DNA of 64,000 nucleotides from Raillietiella orientalis (Eukaryota), in contig JAYWIR010000023.1 of the NCBI GenBank assembly GCA_036172245.1, positions 2,480,001 to 2,544,000 of the forward strand. Reading direction: 5' to 3'. The translations under genes were made by a program, and so were the position numbers. The first letter of the stretch is position 1; each line of letters opens with the position of its first letter. The notes beneath the pieces are model-generated. The model did not search any database and was not told the origin of the DNA. It saw nothing but the letters and a program-made list of their open reading frames with translations. Shown one piece after another: positions 1 to 11,000 of the stretch.

Positions 1-192
1 CTCCACCAAACACGACACTGACTGGGGTAGCGGCATTGAATCGAAATAGTGAGGCAACATGTTTGCTCATTCTTCTTTAGGCTTTTTGAGAATGGAGGAT
101 TTCCAAGGCCGAAATTGTTAACTCAGTCCGCCTCAAGGGTGCTGCGCTGTTGTGCGTCTTGTCCAATAACACGACAGAAATTAACTCCTCCA

Positions 193-253
193 TTCATCAT
201 TTCTTCATTACCAACTTCATTACCATTACCACTTCATTACCATTTCTTCATTC
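193..253. repeat. Degenerate short tandem repeat built on CTTCATTACCA
   Basis: ttcatcatttcttcattaccaacttcattaccattaccacttcattaccatttcttcattc; seen directly. Confidence 0.7.
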
Positions 254-699
254 ACAACTCACGTGATCCTGATTCCAGCAGCACTTAGAGCCACCATCTC
301 TCCTATAAGATGGAGATCTATCATCTTATCAACATCACCAGTCACAGCTTTCTCATCAGCCTTACGTCCAGCATGAACAGTCCATAGTGTTAACCATCTT
401 CATGCATATGAGTATATTGAAGTGATGAGAGGCCCACCTCATCATCTACTCATTTCATTCGCTGAGATGTGTAACGCTTTTTCTGGTGAATTACGAAAAG
501 CTGTCGGAGCTCATCGGTGAGCAGTCCAGAGCGTCTGTCCACAGAATGCTGCCTTTTTTATTTGTCTTCGAATCCTGGGGGGAAAAAACTTGCTATTTCG
601 CGCTCTTGTGCAGAATGCTTTCCCCATAGGAACGACAATCACAGTTCGCACCTGCTAATCCACAGTGTGTTTCTTCAGGATAGGGGGCACCCCTGGATG

Positions 700-1110
700 G
701 GGTCTGCCCTATGAATCCAGGAAGGGCTCGGAGTCCGTTCCTCTCGCGCTTGGGGAGTGATCCCCCTGGATGGGGGCATCGCACCTCCCACCCTGGTTGT
801 CTCCGAAGGGGAACCTCGAAGGGAATCTCCTTCCTCATTCTCTCCAGAGGGACACCCCCTGGGAGGGGGTGGTCCTCTCCATTTCATCTTCTCCGAAGGG
901 AACTCGGAAAGGATCTGCTAGTAGGGATTTCTTCTCCGGAGGGAACCCGCAAGGGAGCTGCTCCTGTTCACTCCTCTGAAGAGAACCTAGAAGGGACACT
1001 TCCGAAACTCAGAAGGGGCGCTGCAGCTTCCCGCAGGGAATCGCTCTCGCTTGCTTCCTTGCACTCTGTGAAGAGGCGCTGACTCGAAGGGACCTCCCGC
1101 AACAGGGGGA
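700..1110 (+). repeat. Dispersed repeat copy A, with internal ~42-bp tandem units (core CTCCGAAGGGAAC)
   Basis: Core units start near 801, 842, 891, 934 and 974. Segment 938-1000 (ggagggaacccgcaagggagctgctcctgttcactcctctgaagagaacctagaaggga) aligns by eye with the reverse complement of 49825-49890. Confidence 0.65.
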
Positions 1111-1354
1111 GTCCGCTCCTTTGAACAACTGGAGAGGTGCCCGTGAGGGCTCCTGCTCCATCTTGAAACAGGAGGGATCCTCTGGTGAGGGAGGTCCGCT
1201 CTCTTATTCCTGGAAGGACCTGAAGGTCGACTCCCATTGTTCCAGCCTTCATCGGAAACCTCCGGCTTAACCTCCGATGCCATGCTCGAATGATTAGGCC
1301 AACCAGCGCCATTACAGGAGAAACTCGGAACCCAACGACGCAGTGGCGTGAGTT

Positions 1355-1420
1355 TCTGCCGAAGCATTCGAACCCACGACGCATGGTGCTACGTGTGGAA
1401 GCCTTAACCACAAAGCCTCT
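1355..1420 (-). mobile_element. tRNA-derived SINE head or degenerate tRNA-like Pol III promoter
   Basis: Minus strand reads gtggttaaggc...gtgggttcgaatgc: A-box-like TGGTTAAGG (1402-1410) and B-box GGTTCGAAT (1366-1374) at tRNA spacing. No intact cloverleaf could be folded. Confidence 0.45.
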
Positions 1421-2842
1421 GACGTGGGAATCTCCTTCACCTGCTCCTTCTCCGAAGCGCCTGCTACGTACACAGTCACTCCTCGATGGTCGCACGAACC
1501 CTTTCCGATTAGCATGCGCTTGGCATGTGAGTCGAGATCAAGAAAATGGGAAAAGAGGAAAACTCTGAAGAGTGCAGGAGGAGAGTTGACTGTTCAGGGA
1601 GAGGGAGGCGCGCAGAATCTTTGCCTCCTGAGAGATTCTTCGAGATGCCTGCAGCACTCTGGACAGCCAACTCTCAGAACGAAGAGAGCTTTCCATCAAC
1701 GCCTCAGAGAGTGCTCTCATTCCGTTTCTTGGGTATTTTGGTGGAGCCATGGGAAGACGAGACTGTCGAATAGGCGACGTGTTTTGTGCGTCGAAGAAGA
1801 AAACACACGGCGGTATCACGGTATGAAGAGACATTTCTGAGCACCAAGAATATGCGGACGCTCGAGGTCCTTAAGTCTTCCTGCCACGGGAGGATCTGCA
1901 GGGAAGGGTTGCCGCACGAGATCCGGCAAGTGGATCATAAGGCTATGGACGCTCTACGCGCTGCAGCGGGCATTATGGCCTTCAAATATGAAGTCAGCCC
2001 AAACAATTCGCCGATCGCTGCCGGCCTGATCGGGTCCATGAAGGGAACCCATCATGCCTTTCGCTGGAACAAGCCAGCTTTGCAAGGTCGCGAGGGAGGA
2101 GTCGTCTCTGGGTAGCGAGCTGGTGCTCCTGACAGTCCGCAGTCTGGTCGGCTCCGTGAATGATGAGAACCTGTGATGAGAGGACCAGGTCGTCCAGCAC
2201 GTGACCTCTCCCCCTGCCACAGACCTTCTCTCGGAAAGCCGCAGGCGCTCGCGTGCCTGACGGTCGTTTTTCGAGAAGAGCGGCACCCTGATGAAGGTGG
2301 AGCTGCTAAGAGAGAGTTCCACTGGGTAGAAGTGACCACGTCAGGGAGATTCAACCTGGGGTTCTCCGTCTCTGAGAAGACCCGGGGACGCGCGCGGAAG
2401 GCAAGAAGGGACGAGGAAGCAGCCGCGTTCCCTGATTCTCTCCTTCTCCTCCTCCTCTCCAGCCGCAAAGAAGGAAAGCAAAAAAGAAAGAAAGAAAGCG
2501 AAAAAAAAAAAGTAATGAGATTTCAGAGCACATCTGAGAAGCTCCGGATATTCGAAAAGCAAACACTTCTTCAGCTTGTAGCAACTGCGAAGGATCTTTC
2601 TGAACACCCGAACATTTGTCCTCCTTGGGTGCGTATCGACGTTGATTACGAGCGCGCGCATCGGTGTTCCATTACGTGTCAGATCCGCATGTAGAAGAAT
2701 GCCGCTTCTATCCATGAGACCAAGCACGATGGGTTTCCCAAACTATTAGCGTAGATGAAAGAAAATCAGGCACATTGGGAAGGCGGGTTCCTCCTTTTCT
2801 GAAGAGCCCCCACGAATGCTCGCATCGAGGGACCACAACCGT

Positions 2843-2994
2843 ATCCCTTCTGTTTCGAAATTTGGATTCCTTTTTGCCATTTCCCAGAGCCGCTGAATCC
2901 CGTGGCGAAGAGAACGGCAGCATGGTTACGGGATGGTTGGCGTCGAGGCGCCGGGTCCCCTTGATGGAAGGAAACCAGCCGACAATTGGGATCC
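2843..2994 (+). repeat. Direct repeat, copy 1 (partner at 4363-4552)
   Basis: tcccttctgttt...ttggattcctttttgccatttcccagagccgctgaatccc...atggttacgggatggttggcgtcgagg...ccttgatggaaggaaacca...gggatcc is shared with 4363-4552. Confidence 0.9.
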
Positions 2995-3149
2995 TGGAAT
3001 ACTGGAAGGCACAATGATGTCAACAGTACTGTATCACATCTCAGTAGAACTCGGTAGTCATGTCAAAACGTTTTGACGAATTCCTCTCTCAGATCCAGAA
3101 AAAATGACTCGTGTTATCAAGGAGTAATTTCTAAAAGGGGAAAAAAGCT

Positions 3150-4270
3150 TCAGTGTGGCAAGATGGCAAAATGGAAGCTCCGCTTAACCATGGTTGTTGC
3201 TTGGTTGTTGAGAAAATTACAATGTTTCATGCCTCCATGAAACTGGATCCAGGATTATTGGATCTCACAGGATGCCAAATCTCCACTGGATGGTCATGTC
3301 TCTCATTCAATGTTCAACGCTGTAGCGGTCCATGCATTCTCAAAGCACATTGCATCATTGGACGCTAGAGTTGGCCTATGTCAAGCCTGAGATTTTTTTT
3401 CTTTTTTGGTTTGGTTTACGATGTGTGGAAGGTTTTACGGAAGCTTCCATGAAACGGGGTTCATTCACTGTATCAAGGAAAATGGCATTTCAAAGCACTG
3501 CAGCGCTAAGAGCCAAGGCGAGATGGTTACTAACGCCCCTTTCTTCGTCCTTAAATATGTTGCATGTACCTCTTTCTGCTACAGCACATACGAAATACTT
3601 TGGTTGAAATGGCTTTCTTGGTAGAAGATGATAAAATTCTAGAGATTCCACTAAGCTACATTCAAGCAAGCCATTCTCAAAGATGGATTCCACAAGAGAT
3701 GCACCAATCACAGTACGCTCCAGTGTGAAAACGAATTTTCGCTTAACGGAGTCCGGCTAGCACGTTACTGACATCGGAGTCACATGAAAAGAAAAGCAAG
3801 GTCAGTCACAGAGCATTTTCAGGATGATTAATGACTGCAAAACACGAAGCCAGGAAACCGTTCCCAGCTTCGTCCACCTCGATGGTAATTTCTCGTCACG
3901 TGACTTTGCTTGTCATGCTTCGCGGAAATCTTATCGAACAAGTACTAGCAGTATCGAAAAAAACAGGCATTCATCGAACAAGCATTTTTGGAAAGTAAGG
4001 TTCCTTGTAGTTGTATGCTGCAATGGAAAATCTTCTCAAGCTCGGCTGCTTGTAACGGAAGCATGGAAGATCTTCTCCAAGACTGCTTGAATCAGTTGTA
4101 CTTTGGATCTGTTGATGTTTTTCACGGGATGAAGCTGCAAATGAGCTGCACCGATAAACATACAAGATCCAACATGCTTGTGGCTCTCATACATGTTTTC
4201 CTAAAAGTCTCATCACATCAAAAAAGTGCTCCTAATTTTCCCACAAACAATCATGGCTGTTTCGAGTAGC
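3150..4270 (+). mobile_element. Degenerate hAT-superfamily (Buster/SPIN/GTF2IRD2-like) transposase relic
   Basis: Colinear decayed motifs with frameshifts and stops: LDLTGCQIST(D)G (cf. CVGISTDG), PCILKAHCIIGR (cf. THCIIHRE), ARWL (cf. VRWLS), LVEMAFLVE (cf. WLCDLAFLVD), LYFGS...FHGMK...KHTRSNM...FLKVSS...PNF (hATC dimerisation domain). Confidence 0.6.
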
Positions 4271-4362
4271 AAAACTGAAAGACCAAGAAAGCAGTAAGAA
4301 GTAAAATATCATGCATGTTACTGATATTCCGGGTTTCAAGCTTTTTTTAAATCCCTTCTGTT

Positions 4363-4552
4363 TCCCTTCTGTTTTGAAAGTTGGATTCCTTTTTGCCATT
4401 TCCCAGAGCCGCTGAATCCCATGGCGAAGAGATCGACAGTATGGTTACGGGATGGTTGGCGTCGAGGTGCTGGCAGTTGATCTTTCGATCTGTTTCTTCC
4501 TCGAATGGGTGGGTTTCCTTGATGGAAGGAAACCAATCGACAATCGGGATCC
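4363..4552 (+). repeat. Direct repeat, copy 2 (partner at 2843-2994), with ~39 extra nt
   Basis: Same sequence as 2843-2994 with scattered substitutions and an extra cagttgatctttcgatctgtttcttcctcgaatgggtgg at about 4474-4512. Confidence 0.9.
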
Positions 4553-5049
4553 AAATACCTCTGTAGGTACCAGAGGTTCAATTGAATAATAGTACTACAC
4601 CGTCAGCAGCAAGCTTTTGAGAAGTTCAATTAACCGCTGACACCGCTGAGAGTACTCTTCTGGATGTTGACACCCACTTTTTCCATCACTTCGTCCATTC
4701 GATTCAGGAGGAGAAAGCTCGGTAAAATTTACCCGTTCACCATCTTGCCAAAGATGGCGTTAAACTAATGGCGCAGTATTGCTGTTTGCCATGTGACCTG
4801 CACGATATGGGAACAAGAACGAATTTATGTAGAGAGCCGGCAGCTCTTGAATGCCGTTCCAGAAACTAAACGAAAGATATGAATCTGGGGATGCTTTGAA
4901 ACCCCAGTTGTCAAGGACATGCAAGGAGTATGAATTCACTGTTGCGATTTCCATCTCATGAAACCTTCTCCTTTACTGAGAATAGGAAGTTTGTACCCTC
5001 GCATCCGCTGGAATTCGGAGCAGAGTCAGCAACGGGAGGCGCGTCTTCG

Positions 5050-6680
5050 GGACAGAAGCCGCCGGTCCGGAAATGGGCGCCCGACCCCGCCCGGATCGCG
5101 CGCGTCGACCTCGCCCCCTCCCTTCAGCAAACTATCCAGGGGTTACGCGTCGCCTGCACCGGCGAGCGATCGGCGACGGCGATGTCCTCCTCTCGACTTG
5201 CCCGGAAGCTCCGCTCCTTGCCGCAAGGTCGGAATTTCCGTGCGCCGTTCAACAGCATCTCGGACGTGACCCCTGTCCGGCAGCAGAGGTTTCGCCGGAA
5301 CGAGCCTCGCGACAGCAGCGCATACCGCCCCCCGGTGCCCCCTCCCCCTTTTCCCCTCCCCTCCTCCCTCCAGCTCGCTGGTCATGCGCGCGGTGCAGTC
5401 GGCACGCGATGCGGCCGAACCCGAGAGCGGCAGCGAATACCATCCGGTGGTCTTCCGCAACCCGGCGGGAATGCAGCGGAACGCGGGGACGCATGTACTG
5501 CGCAGGTTGCCCTGTGCCTCTCTCGAGACGGCACTCCTCTCCCGGACGCAGCAGGACAGCAGAGCGTTCCTTCCCGTGCAGCAGGAGCCGCCGCTGCTCG
5601 GCAACCACCCGCGCGTGCGTCGAAGCCTCCCCTCCGCTCGACGGCCACCGCACCATCTGCTCACGACCCGGCTTGCCCGCTGCCGACGGAGCTCCCGTGG
5701 CTGCTGCTGCGGCCGTTCCCGCCCTGGACACCCCGAGGGAGACACGCCGCCCGACATGTCCACGCGCCACGCCTCCATCTCCGTGAGTACGAATGCCTCC
5801 CTGCGACCTCCCGGGCGCGAAGCCTCTTCGCTCGCTACGAAGCGACGCCCCTGCCGAGGACGAACCGGGTGCGCTGCCTTCCCGGGCGCTTCCCGGTCGA
5901 AGCCATCCTCTACCGGGCCAGCGCGCCGGAAACGCTCTCTCGCACCCGGAGAAACGGTTTCCTGGAGGGCACCGACCGACGGCGACGCCGCTCCGACCAG
6001 ATCTTCCGCAGCGCGCGCGCCACCGCCGCCCGTCCCGGCTTGCCTGGCGGCGCTCGCGAAGCCGCCCACCCATCCCGCGCCCCGTTTCACTCTTCGTTCG
6101 CTCCCCGGCCGCGGAATGCAACGGACCCGCTGCTGAGCGGCCCGCTCGCACAGGCCCACCACAGCCACCCCTCCTCGTTCGCCCGCCTGCCATCTTCTTC
6201 CGACGCTTCGACCCAAAACCAGACGAAGAGGCAGGCCGGCTGCCGCCTTCGCAGCATCGGGAACGCGTGTTTGTTGGCTGAGAGGCTGGACGCGTGCGAG
6301 GAAAGAGTTGCCGGTGGGCGCTCGGGAAGGCTGGTGGTTCCCGAAATTCGGAGGCACCGGGGATGCCTTCGAGGCGAAGGATGCCGTGCGGATCGTCGCG
6401 ATGGCGAGTGAAATTGCAGAGGGCACGCGAAACTTGCCCTCAGGAATTCATTATAACTTTGAACGCAGTCGATACATCATGCAGCTGAAGAGCGCCAAAA
6501 AAATAGCCACGGACAACGTTGCTGTGCCCCTTAGCCATGGCGCAGCGATAGATAAATCCGGGCGCGCAGTGGAATCATGTAAGGAAAGCAGAGAGAGTAA
6601 GCGGAGGTCGCGACTCCAGACTTTCGTTTAGGGAGCATCGCAAGGTGGACATCACGAATCCGCTGCGGTTTTCCTTTCCG
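5050..6680 (+). mobile_element. Highly degenerate GC-rich non-LTR retrotransposon ORF2 relic (RT plus RNase H; I/Nimb/R1-like)
   Basis: Weak motifs in the expected order across frames: PSANY..LLST (cf. PSNYRPISLLS), QQRFRR (QFGFR), IPSGGLPQ (SGVPQG), SLFARYEA, TGCAAFPGASRS (YGCPAWGSAS), IF-SDAS (IYTDGS), DAFEAKDAVRIVAM (VFxAELxAI), LQTFV*GASQGGHHESA (WVPGHxGIxGNExAD). No intact YADD. Confidence 0.4.
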
Positions 6681-7344
6681 TGTTACGTGAGTTGAATGGA
6701 GCCTGAGGAGGTTCGGCCAGTTAGCAGTCCTGGTTCCCGATGAGCTTTGGCTTTCCTTTGCATCCGTCAGCATCCGTGTTAGTGCTCTGCGTCCATTGCA
6801 TGCTCTTGGTGTTTGTCGCTTCCGAACTTCAGTTGCCAGCTTTGATAACGCTATTCTCGGGCGATGGGCCGGACAGAGGCCGCGCGTGTCTCCCAAAACA
6901 GTGTCTTCCGAGTCCCTCCGCCCGAGTGCTGTCGACACGTGTGTTGCACGAGCACTCCGTCCACGATTACACTTGGTGTTACCCATCTGCGCAATTCGTT
7001 TCCGAATCACAGTGGTCCTATGTAGAAATGGCAGAAGTTGCTTGATTTATCGCCGAGCCCACGTTTCCTCGTCTTTTCGGACTCGTTTCGGATCTTCGTA
7101 ACGACGCTGGAACATTCAGATCGGCGCTTCGGCTTTTGGCAAGACGGATTGGATATCGGGAACAACCCGTCTCGCTCCATTCCGAGTCGTCTTGCCACTT
7201 GCGGGAAAGCTCAATGAATTCTCCACCGACTCGACCGCTTGCAGAGCTGCTCGTTCAAGTTTGAAATGGTTGCGCAGCTGTTGTACCCCGCGCTCGTCAG
7301 CTCTTGTGAATGTACGTCTTTCACGGAGCTAAAGAAAAGTAGTT

Positions 7345-7375
7345 TGTGTGTGTGTGTGTGTGTGGGTGGGTGTGT
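7345..7375. repeat. (TG)n microsatellite
   Basis: Seen directly. Confidence 0.9.
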
Positions 7376-8098
7376 TTTCGTATAGAAACACATCAAGAGG
7401 AAAGAGCGGCAACTTTGCAAAGACGTTCAGCAAATGTTAAGAGCTGAAAGGTCGGCAGTAAACAAACTGTCTGTCATGACTTAAGATGTGATAAAATGGA
7501 CAGACACTTTCCAGGAAGGATAATCGGGAGCGTGTTGTTAGTCTGACTGCTCCGGATTCCGCGAGCGAGAATGTGCGACTTTTGCGTTGATTTTTGTCTT
7601 GGGATTTCCAGAATTCGTGCAGCTGTTCGAACCCTGCATCTTTCCGAGAGGTATAAAGGCGCCTTACCGTCTATCCTTCCTTCAGCTTCCCACTCACCTG
7701 CTTCTTCGAGCTTGGAGCTTCTGAAAAGACGCTGCATGCTTTCAAGACGTAAAAAAGGAAAGGGAGGAGCAGCACTAAACAGGAAATCGGGAACCAGGAC
7801 TGCCTAAGCCCCGTTTTCAGCTGGAGTCAAAACTTCAACTGGGCCGCGGTCCTGGTCGTTTGCTCTTGGGCATCAGAATTAAGAATGTGAAACGAATCGC
7901 TGGACTTTCTGTCATCTTGCTCTTCCTCCCTAGACACGTTTTGGGATGCTGTGGAGCATCCCGGACTTTAGATGCTCCCTTTCGATTGCGGGAATTCGAA
8001 TACAGCGATTCTCCTGCTTCCAAATACGAATAACGAAGCACCAAGCTTAAACGGGAACGCTGTCGATAAACTGAAAGGAACCCTCTCTCTATTTGCAG

Positions 8099-11000
8099 AT
8101 GAGTGAACTGGTGATCTGCCTTGCGATTCTGTCTGGAAGACTGATGAAGAGTTCCTGCCTGGAACCGCGAATACGTAACAAACTGGACAACATCACCGTA
8201 ACTGTGGGGCACAGAGCAGGGTTTACCTGCATTGTGGATGACCTAGGCGGTTACAAGGTCACCAACGATGAATATAAGTTCCTCGAGAACGTATCGATCG
8301 TGTCTGTTTGTAGGTGGCTTGGATCAAAGTCGAGCAGAAGACGATATTGGCCATTCACAACCTGGTGATCACTAAGAATCCGAGGTTCTCTTTGCAGAGA
8401 GAACGGCATCACCTGTGGTCCTTGAGAATAAGTGACGTGCATCTCGAAGACCAAGGAGGGTATATGTGTCAGATTAATACGAATCCTATGAAATCAGAAG
8501 TGAGTTCTTTTTCCTGATTACTGAGGAAATCCCGGAGCAAATCGGTCCCTCAAAGAATAAAGCTGATGCTTGTTCTCTTTCAGGTCGGGTACTTGACTGT
8601 CACTTCTCCTCCGGAATTCTATTCGAATGTTACCAGAGGAACAACCGTTGCAATGGAGAAAGATGACTTGTTTCTTTCTTGCCAAGCACATGGCATCCCC
8701 CCTCCAGCAATCACTTGGAGGAAAGGAGAAAGGAGTGGAGAAACTCCTTTCAGAGGTAAGATATACGGACACAGTGAAATAAAAAAAAATTAAGTGTTGT
8801 GTTTTCCGGTACAGAGGTCACTCGTTACATGTACAAAAAAGCTAGAAAGGATTCAAAATCAAGGGTCCGTACTATAAACAAGTAAAGCGCGTTTACTTTG
8901 AAGTTTCCAAATGTGATCGAATTCGTTGAAAGCAGAAAGTAGCTGATCGGATTTACAATCGAAAGACTCGATGGCTGAAATCAGGGAAGCAGGATCTCAG
9001 ACTTTTCTCCCACCTGGGCAAAACTTTGCGTCAGTTGCCATGCCATCGAACAAAGCTCATGAAAGCTCTAAAGATTGAGAAGAATCAAAATGCGCTCCAT
9101 CTCAAGGACTGTGTTCGCCACTACTTCCATGTTACGATTGGGAATTCACCATGTTCCCCAATCCCACAAGGGGTGGGGTGAATTTATTTCCTCATTCATT
9201 CACACAACATACTAGAATTCACTAAAGTTACCGCTGCACTTGCACTTTGAAAAGCTACTTCGCTACATTAGGGAGCAACGGGAGTTGAGTGTGCCTGGAC
9301 GATGTCCTCGATCCTTCTCAGGATATGCCAATACGTCCAGGCAGGCACTTTTCCGCAGTTTCTTGTTCCTTCTCCTTCCGGATGAGTCGTCTGAATATGT
9401 TTATGGGGGATGCGATTGTCCTGGCTGTCTTCATCTTCTACCATCTTACAAGTATGACGGTAATGAATAGGGCAATGGTGATCCTAACCATCGGGTTGTA
9501 CAGTGGAACGTTCCGTTTCCCTGAAACATCCCGGCTAGGGCTTCCATTTGCGAGCTGTTTGGCAGTCCTATGACCCATTTCAGGGTCTGCCAATCCTGGT
9601 GCATTGTGGAACAGGTCAGGACATGAAGTCTCGTGTCCCTGTCACCACAGGCCTTGCAATATGCATCTTCTCTTCTTCCAGTGGAGTATTGCATTCTGGA
9701 TCAGCTCAGTATTCCTCCATGATAGAACATCAGGAGGTCATCCTGGGTGTCCGGCGGTAATTCACCAGCTAACTTTACCCTGCTCTCACGTCCATGCTCA
9801 GCACCATCTACTTAACTACCTTCTATTTTCATGAGCTACCCACCTACCTTCATGCGTGTTGCACATCAGGCACCCCCTCGGGGATTAGAAGGCAACCGTT
9901 CAAAAAAGTCACCTGCCCTCTACGCGGAAACCGTTTTTTTTTTTTTTTTCTGCGCGAAAAACGGCACTTCCACTCGAGCAAACAAAAGGAATAGTCAGCT
10001 GGTGTTATTTTCCGCACAGATTTCAAAAACTCATTTCCCACAGATTCTCTTTTCCACACTGCTGGGTGATTATTTCGTCAAAGTGGACAACATGCAGAAG
10101 ACAGAAACGTATCGCCCTTGCCCAGAGGCACTAGTCGAGGCCAAGAAGTCATAAAGTGAGATTCCTTGTAACGCGCCATAGGCTGCAACGCTACTTGCAG
10201 CATTCTCACCGTCCCTCAAAACATTTCGAGTGTCTCTGCGAGAACACCGGACTACTGATACGTTTAATGAATTTTTCGCTCTCACGACGGTCATTCCATA
10301 TTACTCTAAACCTGCATACTGAGGAAATGTATGGAAAATGTATTTCGGATCCGCCGTGATTTTCCCGATGTCGGACCTGAAAGGCCTTACATGATTTAGA
10401 GGCAGTACATAATTCCTGAAACATGGACTGCCTTTTCCCTAGTCACGCGACTTCCCGACCTCTGGAATACCCATGCTAAATACGCGATTCCGCACAACGT
10501 TCCTCACATCGTTTGGCGTTTTCTTCTTCTATTCGAGGACTTTGGTTTTTGTTCTTAACAGACGAATGGAAAAGGAAAATTCAGATATTTTCTGTGGAAA
10601 GAAAGTGGAACAAATAGTATAGAGTTCATTTTGGGGTGATGATGATTTTCTGTGGATGATGTTCGATATTTTTGCTGATCTCACTACCTCATTAGAAACA
10701 GCAGAAACTCTTAAGGGCTCGATGTGCTTTCCGGTCAACGTGCTCTTCTAGCTTCTTGTTCCAACCCCTTTACAATCCTTTTAGTTGCAAACCCATTTTC
10801 ATTTCGCTGGTTCAGATCAGAATAAACCTATTTCTAGCAAAACCCATTCACGATTTCTTGTGGTTTGTTTGTATACTTCACATATTCCTTATTAAAAATG
10901 CATTTTTCTTTTTATATTAGCTTCTTTGCAATTCAGTTGCATTCTTGCTCCCCACTTTAGAAATCTTCTTCTGGTAAGTTTGCACATTACGTTGAATTTC

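Noticed and set aside
8141..8173. CTGATGA...stem...GAA hammerhead-like string (similar strings at 2288 and 63945)
   Set aside because: No GAAA core or stems I/III could be built, and the 8141 string lies in a coding exon.
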